Shown here: positions 41,003 to 52,399 of the stretch, in pieces
Position numbering within the stretch: position 1 is the stretch's first letter
How the letters are laid out: each line of letters opens with the position of its first letter
Assembly (NCBI GenBank): GCA_019828565.1
Contig: JAHDYR010000005.1
Location: forward strand, 62,001-126,000
DNA length: 64,000 bases
Source of the DNA: Carpediemonas membranifera BICM
Taxonomy: Eukaryota; Protista; Fornicata
Reading direction: 5' to 3'
Program-made: the position numbers and the translations under genes
The notes under the pieces: model-generated
Database searches by the model: none
The model's input: the letters and a program-made list of their open reading frames with translations, nothing else
Told to the model about the DNA's origin: nothing

Positions 41003-43660
41003 TTACTCGAGCTCTCCGTAAAGAACGTCAGCGTTCTCGTTAATGAGCAGCGACTCGCGCTCAGTACCGCCGAAGGTCTCGACGAACGCCTTGCCCTTCT
41101 TCGGCTTTCCACGGGGTCTGAATCGAATGACACATAGCGAGACGAGGCACACCAGGAGAAGGATGAGGATGAGGAGAAGGAGGAGCATCCACGCCCAGTG
41201 GAGGATCAGCTCGCCCTCAGATGTGTGGTGGGGGCAGGTGTTGACAAAGCCCTTCTTGCAGACCATGTTGGGGGTGAGGCCCTCAGCAACACAGGAGCCA
41301 GAGGAGGCGCAGTACATGCAAGAGGGGTTCTTGACACAGCCGCCACAATCGTTGTTGAATGACGCGCAGGCATCGACAATGGAGAGTTCATGCGGCATGG
41401 CGAGGGGCTTGCCGTCATACTCAAGCGTGACAGTAAACTCACCAGGAGAGATCGTCTCGCCGAGCTCGACGATGGGGGTGGGGCACTTGACCAGGTAAGA
41501 GTCGGAGACCGTGGCAGGCGTGGGGTCGACTTGTGAGGTGCCGGTGGTGCGCTTGAAGGCGCAGGTGTAGCGATCAGAGGCGACAAAGTTGGAACCCGAG
41601 AAGTGGAGCTCCGCGGGGGATTGGACAGTAGCGCGGCCGTTAGCTCTGACGGAAGAGACAGAGACGGCGAGGCAGTCATCGTTAGAGGCACCAGTCCAGG
41701 TAGCCCAAGAGGGGATGGGGCAGAAGAACCGGTTTCCAGAGAGTGAAACAGCTGGTCTATCGGCTTCTGGGAGGTTGAACTCCTCGGGCACCCAACCGTG
41801 GAGGTAGTTGTCGGACAAATCGAGGGACTCAATGTTACCAGAAGAGATCGAGTAGAGCACCATAGAGGGGATCTCGCCAGTGATCTGGTTGAATGCCAGG
41901 TCGATGTTATGGAGCCAGTGTGGCATGCGATCAAATACCTTTTCAAAGGTGTCGGCGATATGGCAGGAACGGCACGAGTACGTGTCGATCCAAGCAGCGT
42001 CGGATAGTGCTGGGAGACCCTTGTCGCCGAAGGGGTTGCCGTCCATGATCAGAGTCTCAAGCGACCTCAGAGACTTGATGTTGCTGATGTCGAATTGGGC
42101 GAGGTTGTTGTATGAGAGGTCCAGGGACTTGAGAGAGGTTGCAAGAGAGAGGCCGGTGGGCATCTTCTCAAGGTAGTTCTTGGACACATCGAGCGTCTCG
42201 AGGGATTGCATAGCAATGATATTTTCAGAGATCTTCGAGATCTTGCAGGACGAGGCGCGAAGTGTCTTCAGCTGCGTGAGCTCACCGATCTCATCGGGGA
42301 GAGTGGCCAGTGGGTTATAGGAGACATCGAGCTCAAGCAGCTTGGTATCTTGCCAGACGCCCTCGGGGATGGTACCGATCTTGTTCCTGGATATGTCAAG
42401 CCAGGTCACCGGGCATGATGAGATGTCAGGGACAGTAGTCAGCTTGTTCTGGTGCAGTTTAAGCACACTAAGCTGAGTGTTGTGTGAAATAGACGGAAGT
42501 GTTGTGAGGTCGTTCTGGGAGAGGTCGAGGAGGGTCAGCTGGGCAGTGGAGGCCAGCAGCGTCTCGGCCACGGCATTGATCTGGTTGTCGTGGGCGTCGA
42601 GCTCGGCGAGTGCGGGCATGCGCATGGCGGGAATGGCGCTGAGGGCGTTGTTGCTGACGTTGAGGACGGTGAGATCAGTGAGGAGGAGGCCTTCGGGCAG
42701 GTCCTTGATCTGGTTATCATCGACGTCGATTCTCATGAGTTGAGGGGGGAAGTGGACGGTGCTGAGGTCACTGATGAGGTTGTCGCCGACGTCGAGGAAC
42801 TGCAGGTTGCCGAGGTTGGCCAGGTTGTCGGGGAGGGCAGTGATACGGTTCGAGTCGGCCCGGATATGGATGAGGCCAGTCATGGCATCGAGGTCCGCTG
42901 GGAGAGATGTCAGCTTGTTGTTGGAGGCAGTGAAATACTGCAGCGCCTTCATGCCCGAGAATCCAGCGGGCAGTGCGGTGATGGCGTTGTCCGAGATGTC
43001 AAGGGTAGTCAGCGCGGTCAGTGTGGACATAGCGTTGGGCAGGGCGGTGAGGGCGTTGTAGGAAACGTCCAGGGTCTCGAGGTTGGCCCAGCCGGTCATC
43101 GAGGACTGCATAGCAGTGATGAGGTTGTTGTTGACGTCAAGATAGGTGAGGGGAAGCGCGCCGATAGACTCAGGAAGGACACCGTTAAGCTTATTGCGGG
43201 CTACGTTCACCGATGTAAGCTTGGCGCAAGTACCGAGGGAAGTGGGTAGGGCGTAGGCACCGCAATTGACGCAAGTGATCGAGTTACCACGCATGTCGAG
43301 GTCTACAAGCTCAGAAAGGCCAGAGATGTCGGGGAAAGAGCCCACTAGGTTGTTGTTGCGAAGAAGAACCTCGGTGACGCGGTTGGTTTGCTGTCCGAGG
43401 GCTTCAACACCGCATTGGAGCCCGTGAGTGTCGGTGTAACCGGTAATGGCATGGCAAGGGCAACCATTGTTGATGGTTGTCGACCAGCCCATGTTGTTTG
43501 TCCAGCCAAGGCCTGATTAATCGGATGAAAGGTCGTACAAACCACCGAGCTGCGTGTAGATGTTCGAGAGAGCTGTGTACTCATTATTGAGCAAGCACTG
43601 CGCGTTAGTTGCCGATCCTGCCAAAACACTGGCAATAAGGAGCAGCAAGAGCCCGAACAT
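41003..43660 (-). CDS. LRR - IPT/TIG - PSI single-pass receptor-like protein, 2 exons
   Basis: Signal peptide MFGLLLLL, about 20 LRRs, IPT-like region, PSI-like Cys cluster, TM, short tail; intron 43513-43542. Confidence 0.88.
43513..43542 (-). other. 30-nt spliceosomal intron
   Basis: GTTTGT...TAATCAG; contains the in-frame TAA; removal gives YTQLG-GLGWTNN. Confidence 0.85.
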
Positions 43661-44194
43661 TGGTTGCAAAGCAAGTTGACTTTGCTGGAGTTTCATCCAT
43701 CTCACTTGATATGAATTCCATCAAGTCGGTGGAGTTAGCGCACTGGAAGTTGCTGCTGATGCTACATGACCTGGGATTGGCCTGCTTTACCAATTTTTCA
43801 TCGTCTTTTGTTGGATCACGGTGAGTCAAGAATGGTCAACGAAGTGAAGGGAGAGACGGTGGATGAAAGAACGAGCTGGCATCGTGATCAATACCATCAT
43901 TCCATGGAATGCACAGATTAGACCACTATTGAGCAATCTTCACCACAAAATTCTGTCGAGATCTTCGTTGGAAGACGATCGATCAGTTCAGCAAAGGTCG
44001 AGGACAAACATCTATGCGCCCATCATACATCCACAAGGTGTTCAAAGAGGCGATTCTCCCAAAATCATTACCAGCATTGTGGATGTCGAATGTGCAGTTT
44101 ATGACATGAGCATAATCCTGCGGGGTACAAGATCTGCTTCGCATAAGAAGGCAACAAGAATATTTACACTGCTATATCATACATTCTGAAAACA

Positions 44195-47100
44195 TTACTT
44201 AAACTGGTATCTGAAGACGTCGTTGCCAGCGCTGACGAGGGTGTTTTCGACGAAGTACATATCGCTGCAACCGCCAGTCTGCTCTGTGAGGGACATCTCG
44301 ACCCTCTTTCTGTCGCCAACACCCCAGACCCGGACCACGCTGTCCATACAGGCAGTGACCAGCTTGTCCGGCGTCCCTTGTATCGCCATGACAATGTCCT
44401 GGTGCGACTTGAGTTTGTGAGTCGCCCTGTACTTCTCCCGACGGTAATCCCAGAGCATCACGGTCTGATCCCCACTCCCGGAAGCCAGGTAGCCCTCCGT
44501 GAGGTGGAGGCAACGGACCCTGCCCGTGTGGCCCCGGAGTAGCTGGACCTGGGCGTTCTTATTGATGTCGAACACGCGGATAGTGTGGTCGCCCGAGCCA
44601 GTGACGAGCGTCTCGCCCTGAATACTGGCTGCGTAGACACAGCGGGCGTGGTCCTTGTACCGCGTGACCTCCTTCATTGTCTCACGGTTGAAGACAGCTA
44701 CGGATCTATCCTTGCCGGCGGTGGCGATGATGTGGTCACTAATGGCGATGCTATACACGGGCGAGTCGTGCCACATCCCCACCGACTGGGGGAACGGCAT
44801 GCTGTCGGCCATGGTGATAGTAAAGATCTCACCCGATGCCAGTGCCATCATGACAAACTTAGAATCTGGGTCGACAGCGTCAGCCTTGAGGGCAGAGACT
44901 GGGCTATCAAACACCTTCGTCCAGGTGGGAACGTTGGGCCGCTCCGCACTCCACCATACGAGGAGGCCGCTTGGGTAGCCGGCCATGATGCCCCGGTGGA
45001 AGGGGGCGATGCAGCGGGCAGGGCCAGCGTCGTCGTGCTCGGACTTGAGGAAGAACTTCACCGGTGTGACCGGGGCCCAGATGTCCTCCTCCTCAAGCAT
45101 GATCCCCTCGTGGGCTGTGATGAGTGGCGACTGGTCGATGGGCTTGTTCGGGATGATCTCAGTGCTCACACGCCCGGCCCTCATCGGGGAGCCGGGCAAC
45201 ACAGGTGTGCTGCGAGGGTCTTCGGGGGCAAATGAAGCTCTCACCCGTGGTCTCGTCGGCTCCCCGGCTTCGCTGGGCCGACGCATGGCGGATTTGATCG
45301 GCTTTGGTGGACGGGGCGGGTCAGCGTTCTGGGAGCTGTCCATTGCTAGGGGGGATAGCGGCTTGGTTCGGGCGGGAAGGGTCTCGGAAAGGTAGGGCCG
45401 CACTTCCTCGACTGGCTTGGGCTCCTCGACCTCGGCGGGGGTCTCGGTCACGGGGGTCTCGGGCTCGCCCTTGCGGTGCTTGCGACGGTGCTTGCGGTGA
45501 GGTGTCTCGGGCTCCTCGGGCTGGGGGTCGACCTTGGCCTCCTCGGGCTTGGCCTCCTCGACAGGCTCATCGAGCTTAGGCTCCTCGACAGGCACCTCAG
45601 GATTGGGCTCCTCGACCTCGGCGGGGGTCTCGGTCACGGGGGTCTCGGGCTCGCCCTTGCGGTGCTTGCGACGGTGCTTGCGGTGAGGTGTCTCGGGCTC
45701 CTCGGGCTGGGGGTCGACCTTGGCCTCCTCGGGCTTGGCCTCCTCGACAGGCTCATCGAGCTTAGGCTCCTCGACAGGCGCCTCAGGCTTGGGCTCCTCG
45801 ACCTCGGCGGGGGTCTCGGTCACGGGGGTCTCGGGCTCGCCCTTGCGGTGCTTGCGACGGTGCTTGCGGTGAGGTGTCTCGGGCTCCTCGGGCTGGGGGT
45901 CGACCTTGGCCTCCTCGGGCTTGGCCTCCTCGACAGGCTCATCGAGCTTAGGCTCCTCGACAGGCGCCTCAGGCTTGGGCTCCTCGACCTCGGCGGGGGT
46001 CTCGGTCACGGGGGTCTCGGGCTCGCCCTTGCGGTGCTTGCGACGGTGCTTGGGGTGAGGTGTCTCGGGCTCCTCGGGCTGGGGGTCGACCTTGGCCTCC
46101 TCGGGCTTGGCCTCCTCGACAGGCACCTCAGGATTGGGCTCCTCGACCTCGGCGGGGGTCTCGGTCACGGGGGTCTCGGGCTCGCCCTTGCGGTGCTTGC
46201 GACGGTGCTTGCGGTGAGGTGTCTCGGGCTCCTCGGGCTGGGGGTCGACCTTGGCCTCCTCGGGCTTGGCCTCCTCGACAGGCTCATCGAGCTTAGGCTC
46301 CTCGACAGGCGCCTCAGGCTTGGGCTCCTCGACAGGCACCTCAGGATTGGGCTCCTCGACCTCGGCGGGGGTCTCGGTCACGGGGGTCTCGGGCTCGCCC
46401 TTGCGGTGCTTGCGACGGTGCTTGCGGCGAGGAGTCTCAAGGCCGCGGGCTTCCTTCTCCATCATTAACTGGGCGATCGTCTGCTCCATGGCCGACACAC
46501 GCCCCAGCAGACCCTGGAGGGTGTCGCTATCGACAGACACCTGGATGGGGGCTGGGCGGCGGGTGTCCTGCTCGGTCTTAGCCTGCTCGATGGCTGTGGA
46601 GAGCTGGGCAAAGCGATCGTCGACAGTAGACTGGAACTGATCGTGTCGCGTGTTGAGCTCCCGGACAGCCCCGGCAACATCAGTAACCTGTTCGAGATCG
46701 GTCAGCTTGGTCGAGATGGCGTCCAGCGACTGCAGCTTCTCGGGGAGGTTGTCGAGGGTTGAAATCTTCTGGGTGACGTCCTCGAGCGAGGCGACCTTCT
46801 CAGCGAGCGGGTCGACTCTGGCAGAGATGTCCTCGGCGATGCGAGTGTCGAGCGAAGCGACCTTCTCGGGCAGGGTCTCGAGCGAGGCGACCTTCTCAGC
46901 GAGCGGGTCGACTCTGGCAGAGATGTCCTCGGCGATGCGAGTGTCGAGCGAAGCGACCTTCTCGAGCAGGGTCTCGAGCGAGGCGACCTTCTCGGGCAGA
47001 TTCTCGAGCTCGGTCAGGCGGCCCTCGATGGGCTCGAAGCGATCGTTAAGCTCACGCACGGCACCGGCGGTGTCAGCAAAGGCATCGAGATCGGTCAGCT

Positions 47101-50100
47101 TGGTCGAGATGGCGTCCAGCGACTGCAGCTTCTCGGGGAGGTTGTCGAGGGTTGAAATCTTCTGGGTGACGTCCTCGAGCGAGGCGACCTTCTCAGCGAG
47201 CGGGTCGACTCTGGCAGAGATGTCCTCGGCGATGCGAGTGTCGAGCGAAGCGACCTTCTCGGGCAGGGTCTCGAGCGAAGCGACCTTCTCGGGCAGGGTC
47301 TCGAGCGAGGCGACCTTCTCAGCGAGCGGGTCGACTCTGGCAGAGATGTCCTCGGCGATGCGAGTGTCGAGCGAGGCGACCTTCTCAGCGAGCGGGTCGA
47401 CTCTGGCAGAGATGTCCTCGGCGATGCGAGTGTCGAGCGAAGCGACCTTCTCGGGCAGGGTCTCGAGCGAGGCGACCTTCTCGGGCAGATTCTCGAGCTC
47501 GGTCAGGCGGCCCTCGATGGGCTCGAAGCGATCGTTAAGCTCACGCACGGCACCGGCGGTGTCAGCAAAGGCATCGAGATCGGTCAGCTTGGTCGAGATG
47601 GCGTCCAGCGACTGCAGCTTCTCGGGGAGGTTGTCGAGGGTTGAAATCTTCTGGGTGACGTCCTCGAGCGAGGCGACCTTCTCAGCGAGCGGGTCGACTC
47701 TGGCAGAGATGTCCTCGGCGATGCGAGTGTCGAGCGAAGCGACCTTCTCGGGCAGGGTCTCGAGCGAGGCGACCTTCTCAGCGAGCGGGTCGACTCTGGC
47801 AGAGATGTCCTCGGCGATGCGAGTGTCGAGCGAGGCGACCTTCTCAGCGAGCGGGTCGACTCTGGCAGAGATGTCCTCGGCGATGCGAGTGTCGAGCGAA
47901 GCGACCTTCTCGGGCAGGGTCTCGAGCGAGGCGACCTTCTCAGCGAGCGGGTCGACTCTGGCAGAGATGTCCTCGGCGATGCGAGTGTCGAGCGAAGCGA
48001 CCTTCTCGGGCAGATTCTCGAGCTCGGTCAGGCGGCCCTCGATGGGCTCGAAGCGATCGTTAAGCTCACGCACGGCACCGGCGGTGTCAGCAAAGGCATC
48101 GAGATCGGTCAGCTTGGTCGAGATGGCGTCCAGCGACTGCAGCTTCTCGGGGAGGTTGTCGAGGGTTGAAATCTTCTGGGTGACGTCCTCGAGCGAGGCG
48201 ACCTTCTCAGCGAGCGGGTCGACTCTGGCAGAGATGTCCTCGGCGATGCGAGTGTCAAGCGAAGCGACCTTCTCGGGCAGGGTCTCGAGCGAGGCGACCT
48301 TCTCAGCGAGCGGGTCGACTCTGGCAGAGATGTCCTCGGCGATGCGAGTGTCGAGCGAAGCGACCTTCTCGGGCAGGGTCTCGAGCGAGGCGACCTTCTC
48401 GGGCAGATTCTCGAGCTCAGTCAGGCGGCCCTCGATGGGCTCGAAGCGATCGTTAAGCTCACGCACGGCACCGGCGGTGTCAGCAAAGGCATCGAGATCG
48501 GTCAGCTTGGTCGAGATGGCGTCCAGCGACTGCAGCTTCTCGGGGAGGTTGTCGAGGGTTGAAATCTTCTGGGTGACGTCCTCGAGCGAGGCGACCTTCT
48601 CAGCGAGCGGGTCGACTCTGGCAGAGATGTCCTCGGCGATGCGAGTGTCGAGCGAGGCGACCTTCTCAGCGAGCGGGTCGACTCTGGCAGAGATGTCCTC
48701 GGCGATGCGAGTGTCGAGCGAAGCGACCTTCTCGGGCAGGGTCTCGAGCGAGGCGACCTTCTCAGCGAGCGGGTCGACTCTGGCAGAGATGTCCTCGGCG
48801 ATGCGAGTGTCGAGCGAAGCGACCTTCTCGGGCAGATTCTCGAGCTCGGTCAGGCGGCCCTCGATGGGCTCGAAGCGATCGTTAAGCTCACGCACGGCAC
48901 CGGCGGTGTCAGCAAAGGCATCGAGATCGGTCAGCTTGGTCGAGATGGCGTCCAGCGACTGCAGCTTCTCGGGGAGGTTGTCGAGGGTTGAAATCTTCTG
49001 GGTGACGTCCTCGAGCGAGGCGACCTTCTCAGCGAGCGGGTCGACTCTGGCAGAGATGTCCTCGGCGATGCGAGTGTCGAGCGAAGCGACCTTCTCGGGC
49101 AGGGTCTCGAGCGAGGCGACCTTCTCAGCGAGCGGGTCGACTCTGGCAGAGATGTCCTCGGCGATGCGAGTGTCGAGCGAAGCGACCTTCTCGGGCAGGG
49201 TCTCGAGCGAGGCGACCTTCTCAGCGAGCGGGTCGACTCTGGCAGAGATGTCCTCGGCGATGCGAGTGTCGAGCGAGGCGACCTTCTCGGGCAGATTCTC
49301 GAGCTCGGTCAGGCGGCCCTCGATGGGCTCGAAGCGATCGTTAAGCTCACGCACGGCACCGGCGGTGTCAGCAAAGGCATCGAGATCGGTCAGCTTGGTC
49401 GAGATGGCGTCCAGCGACTGCAGCTTCTCGGGGAGGTTGTCGAGGGTTGAAATCTTCTGGGTGACGTCCTCGAGCGAGGCGACCTTCTCAGCGAGCGGGT
49501 CGACTCTGGCAGAGATGTCCTCGGCGATGCGAGTGTCGAGCGAAGCGACCTTCTCGGGCAGGGTCTCGAGCGAGGCGACCTTCTCAGCGAGCGGGTCGAC
49601 TCTGGCAGAGATGTCCTCGGCGATGCGAGTGTCGAGCGAAGCGACCTTCTCGGGCAGGGTCTCGAGCGAGGCGACCTTCTCAGCGAGCGGGTCGACTCTG
49701 GCAGAGATGTCCTCGGCGATGCGAGTGTCGAGCGAGGCGACCTTCTCGGGCAGGGTCTCGAGCGAGGCGACACGCTTGCCCATAGCCTCGACATCCGTAG
49801 CAACGGTGGAATCCTTCCTCTGCACGGCCTCGACCTTCTCAACGAGCTCCTCGATGGCGGCCCCCTGTCTTGGGATGCGGTCGATGATGGCTACTCTGTC
49901 GCTGAATTCGCCTTCGATGGCTGACAGCCGCTTGCCGATCCTCTCCACGGATTCCACTCGGTCGGGGAGCTCTTCAAGGGCGAGGATGCGGCGGGGCAGT
50001 TTCTCAAGGGAGGCAACCCTCTCAGGAAGCTCCTCGAGCTCGATAATGCGGCGCGGGAGCTTTTCAACAACAGTGACCCTGCTGTCCAGCTCTAGGCCCT

Positions 50101-52078
50101 CGATAGTGGCCACCCGACGGGGTAGGTCAGTATACTTGGCGAGGGAGGCAGGGAGCTCCTCGAGGACAGCGACCCGTGGAGTCAGGGCCTCAACGGCCGA
50201 CAGCCGGCCGGGAATGGTCTCAAGGGTCGACACCCGGTCCTTAAGCTGCTCGATGGAGGGGCCAAGGTCAGCACTGGCGGCTACGTACGCGTTGAACGCA
50301 CTCTGGACGTACTCAACGGCCTCCTCGAGGTCAGAGTTCTTGGCGCCGGCCGCCCCGATGTTGTTGATGCATGCGTCGACCTTCTCATTCAGGGAGTTGA
50401 CCCGCTGCCCCAGGACCATGAGCTGGGGGCGAGATGCGGGGTCGATATCCTTCAGAGTCTTGAGGGCAGCTGCAACCTCATTCCTGGCATCGGCGATGAG
50501 CTTCTTGGTTTCGGTGTTGTGGACATCGATGCCGGCCTTGCTGTCCTTGGCGAGGGCCTTCATCTCAGAGTCCACGTTCTCGGCTGTCTCGGTCAGGGCG
50601 TTCTGCAGTATCCCGAGCATATTAGTGCACTGCGTCACCGCCGTGTGGATGGCCTCAGTCCGCTGGCTAAGAGCCTTGAGGCCCTCAGTGCGGGCTGTAC
50701 GCTCGGCTGCCACAGCCGCTTTGAGCATTGAGACATCACCGGTGGTGTGGTCGAAGTCGGTCTTGAGTGCATCGACTGTGTGCGTCGTGCTGAGAACGGT
50801 CTGGTCGACCACCTCGGCATCGGACCGAATCTTCTCGAGCAGCTCGTTTCTGATGTTATCCTTCAGTTCCTGGACGCCGGCGGGGGTGTGGGGCGCGCAT
50901 TCTATCGCAGCCACACCCGGGGTTTGCAGAGCTGGGGGTCTCTGGGGCAGGGCCGGAGTGACGGGGGCAACCTGGCCGACAGAGGCGGTGGTGCCCGGGA
51001 CTGCTTTCTTGAACAGGCCAATGTCTCTCGCCGTTAGAGTCCAGACGTCTTGCTGGTATGCCCCAGCCTTATCGGTTCGCCCGCCGTAGAGAACGAAGGT
51101 GTCCTCGTTATGAGCTCTTACAACGGCCACCACGGCTCCCCAGCGGGCCGCTGGGACGAGCGTGTTGGCTGCTGCACTCGAGACGCGGGCGAGAGAGCGC
51201 CACGAGTCCCAGCGTTTCCATGTGTTGTTTCTCGTGTCGTAAAGCCACATGTCGTTGAAGTAGTTGGTTGCCCGGCCTGCGAGAACCACGAGAATGTGAT
51301 CAAACGCCACAGCTCCGTGGTGTGACCGGGGGAAAGGCTTGATGCCGGTGGGGGTGACCTTCTCCCACTGGAAAACACCCGACGTGTACTTCAACTCCAC
51401 TAGGTCATGGAGCCGGGCGCCGCAGTAGCCGGCGAAGAGGAAGGCACGGTCTCGGACAACAGTCATGCTGTGGCCATAACGGGACGGCGGGGCGTCTGGG
51501 ATGTCGACCAGTATCCACTCGGAAGTTTCGAACGAGTATACCCAGAGATCGTTGCTCAGCGTCTTCTTGCCGTTGAGTGCGTATGTGCCGCCGAACATGA
51601 CAAGCATTCCCTTGAAGGAGACCATAGAATGCCCGCTACGTGGCGATGGGAGGTGCCCCGGAGGCTGCAGGCGGGTCCAGGATGATTCGGCAATGTTGAA
51701 TCGCCAGAGGTCGTTCAAAAGAGATTCGTCGGAAGTCTCACCGCCAAAGAGATAGATACAGTCATCGTGTGCGGTCATGGTGTGGCCGAACCGAGCACAG
51801 GGCGTGTCGGGGTTGGTCTCGTCTTTGGAAATGGCGACGAAACTCCAGCTGTCCTCTTCGAGGCTAATCTTGATAAAATCGGTGATAGGCTTATCAGTTT
51901 GGCCACCGAATACGTATATGGAGTCATCTATCGTGACAGAGGCGTGCTGAGCTCTTTTTGGTGGTGGTTCGGCCAATTTCCCCTTCTTCCATAGAAGAGA
52001 GGTCTTTCGACTGCTTGGCGTTGTTGTGCTAACTGGAGTTGCAAGCCTACGCGTCCGATACTGTGCTTGATCGGACAT
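44195..52078 (-). CDS. Kelch-repeat / repetitive coiled-coil / WD40 protein (~2627 aa)
   Basis: N-terminal Kelch repeats (RFGH..LFGG), long internal tandem repeats, C-terminal WD40 repeats (GH..SGSGD.T..WD). Confidence 0.9.
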   Translation of the reverse strand: MSDQAQYRTRRLATPVSTTTPSSRKTSLLWKKGKLAEPPPKRAQHASVTIDDSIYVFGGQTDKPITDFIKISLEEDSWSFVAISKDETNPDTPCARFGHTMTAHDDCIYLFGGETSDESLLNDLWRFNIAESSWTRLQPPGHLPSPRSGHSMVSFKGMLVMFGGTYALNGKKTLSNDLWVYSFETSEWILVDIPDAPPSRYGHSMTVVRDRAFLFAGYCGARLHDLVELKYTSGVFQWEKVTPTGIKPFPRSHHGAVAFDHILVVLAGRATNYFNDMWLYDTRNNTWKRWDSWRSLARVSSAAANTLVPAARWGAVVAVVRAHNEDTFVLYGGRTDKAGAYQQDVWTLTARDIGLFKKAVPGTTASVGQVAPVTPALPQRPPALQTPGVAAIECAPHTPAGVQELKDNIRNELLEKIRSDAEVVDQTVLSTTHTVDALKTDFDHTTGDVSMLKAAVAAERTARTEGLKALSQRTEAIHTAVTQCTNMLGILQNALTETAENVDSEMKALAKDSKAGIDVHNTETKKLIADARNEVAAALKTLKDIDPASRPQLMVLGQRVNSLNEKVDACINNIGAAGAKNSDLEEAVEYVQSAFNAYVAASADLGPSIEQLKDRVSTLETIPGRLSAVEALTPRVAVLEELPASLAKYTDLPRRVATIEGLELDSRVTVVEKLPRRIIELEELPERVASLEKLPRRILALEELPDRVESVERIGKRLSAIEGEFSDRVAIIDRIPRQGAAIEELVEKVEAVQRKDSTVATDVEAMGKRVASLETLPEKVASLDTRIAEDISARVDPLAEKVASLETLPEKVASLDTRIAEDISARVDPLAEKVASLETLPEKVASLDTRIAEDISARVDPLAEKVASLEDVTQKISTLDNLPEKLQSLDAISTKLTDLDAFADTAGAVRELNDRFEPIEGRLTELENLPEKVASLDTRIAEDISARVDPLAEKVASLETLPEKVASLDTRIAEDISARVDPLAEKVASLETLPEKVASLDTRIAEDISARVDPLAEKVASLEDVTQKISTLDNLPEKLQSLDAISTKLTDLDAFADTAGAVRELNDRFEPIEGRLTELENLPEKVASLDTRIAEDISARVDPLAEKVASLETLPEKVASLDTRIAEDISARVDPLAEKVASLDTRIAEDISARVDPLAEKVASLEDVTQKISTLDNLPEKLQSLDAISTKLTDLDAFADTAGAVRELNDRFEPIEGRLTELENLPEKVASLETLPEKVASLDTRIAEDISARVDPLAEKVASLETLPEKVASLDTRIAEDISARVDPLAEKVASLEDVTQKISTLDNLPEKLQSLDAISTKLTDLDAFADTAGAVRELNDRFEPIEGRLTELENLPEKVASLDTRIAEDISARVDPLAEKVASLETLPEKVASLDTRIAEDISARVDPLAEKVASLDTRIAEDISARVDPLAEKVASLETLPEKVASLDTRIAEDISARVDPLAEKVASLEDVTQKISTLDNLPEKLQSLDAISTKLTDLDAFADTAGAVRELNDRFEPIEGRLTELENLPEKVASLETLPEKVASLDTRIAEDISARVDPLAEKVASLDTRIAEDISARVDPLAEKVASLETLPEKVASLETLPEKVASLDTRIAEDISARVDPLAEKVASLEDVTQKISTLDNLPEKLQSLDAISTKLTDLDAFADTAGAVRELNDRFEPIEGRLTELENLPEKVASLETLLEKVASLDTRIAEDISARVDPLAEKVASLETLPEKVASLDTRIAEDISARVDPLAEKVASLEDVTQKISTLDNLPEKLQSLDAISTKLTDLEQVTDVAGAVRELNTRHDQFQSTVDDRFAQLSTAIEQAKTEQDTRRPAPIQVSVDSDTLQGLLGRVSAMEQTIAQLMMEKEARGLETPRRKHRRKHRKGEPETPVTETPAEVEEPNPEVPVEEPKPEAPVEEPKLDEPVEEAKPEEAKVDPQPEEPETPHRKHRRKHRKGEPETPVTETPAEVEEPNPEVPVEEAKPEEAKVDPQPEEPETPHPKHRRKHRKGEPETPVTETPAEVEEPKPEAPVEEPKLDEPVEEAKPEEAKVDPQPEEPETPHRKHRRKHRKGEPETPVTETPAEVEEPKPEAPVEEPKLDEPVEEAKPEEAKVDPQPEEPETPHRKHRRKHRKGEPETPVTETPAEVEEPNPEVPVEEPKLDEPVEEAKPEEAKVDPQPEEPETPHRKHRRKHRKGEPETPVTETPAEVEEPKPVEEVRPYLSETLPARTKPLSPLAMDSSQNADPPRPPKPIKSAMRRPSEAGEPTRPRVRASFAPEDPRSTPVLPGSPMRAGRVSTEIIPNKPIDQSPLITAHEGIMLEEEDIWAPVTPVKFFLKSEHDDAGPARCIAPFHRGIMAGYPSGLLVWWSAERPNVPTWTKVFDSPVSALKADAVDPDSKFVMMALASGEIFTITMADSMPFPQSVGMWHDSPVYSIAISDHIIATAGKDRSVAVFNRETMKEVTRYKDHARCVYAASIQGETLVTGSGDHTIRVFDINKNAQVQLLRGHTGRVRCLHLTEGYLASGSGDQTVMLWDYRREKYRATHKLKSHQDIVMAIQGTPDKLVTACMDSVVRVWGVGDRKRVEMSLTEQTGGCSDMYFVENTLVSAGNDVFRYQFK
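45420..46430 (-). repeat. Coding tandem repeat (HRKHRRKHRK-GEPETP..., about 6 copies)
   Basis: Near-identical ~155-215-bp units. Confidence 0.9.
46690..49770 (-). repeat. Coding modular tandem repeat (30-bp, 66-bp and ~180-bp modules)
   Basis: LPEKVASLET / RIAEDISARVDPLAEKVASL / EDVTQKISTLDN... modules, nearly identical at DNA level. Confidence 0.95.
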
Positions 52079-52399
52079 TAAGCTCACACAGAAGAGCGGA
52101 GGTTATCGGGTCATCAAAAATTCGATCAAATATTGCGGCATATTTAAGCGGCAGTCAGTGACCGCCACACCTCAGCGCGCTTTCAGGTCTAATTTGCTGC
52201 TAATTTAAAGCCCTGCCCGGAAATTTCAAGTCGGATTGAAAAGATTTGATCAATTCTACCTGATCAGTTTTGCGAGCAAAAGGCAAACCCCACCAACCAC
52301 AAAAAAAGAGCTGTAGGCCTGAGCCAGCTGTTTACATGAGACAACTCGAGTCATAAAGCACGAATCAGGCCTATATAGTCTAGTTTATGATTACACAGC

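Noticed and set aside
46690-49770. Possible CRISPR-like array
   Set aside because: Contiguous in-frame coding repeats with no unique spacers and no cas genes.
46650-51089. 1479-aa + strand ORF
   Set aside because: Antisense shadow of the repetitive Kelch/WD40 gene; Ser-rich, no independent motifs.
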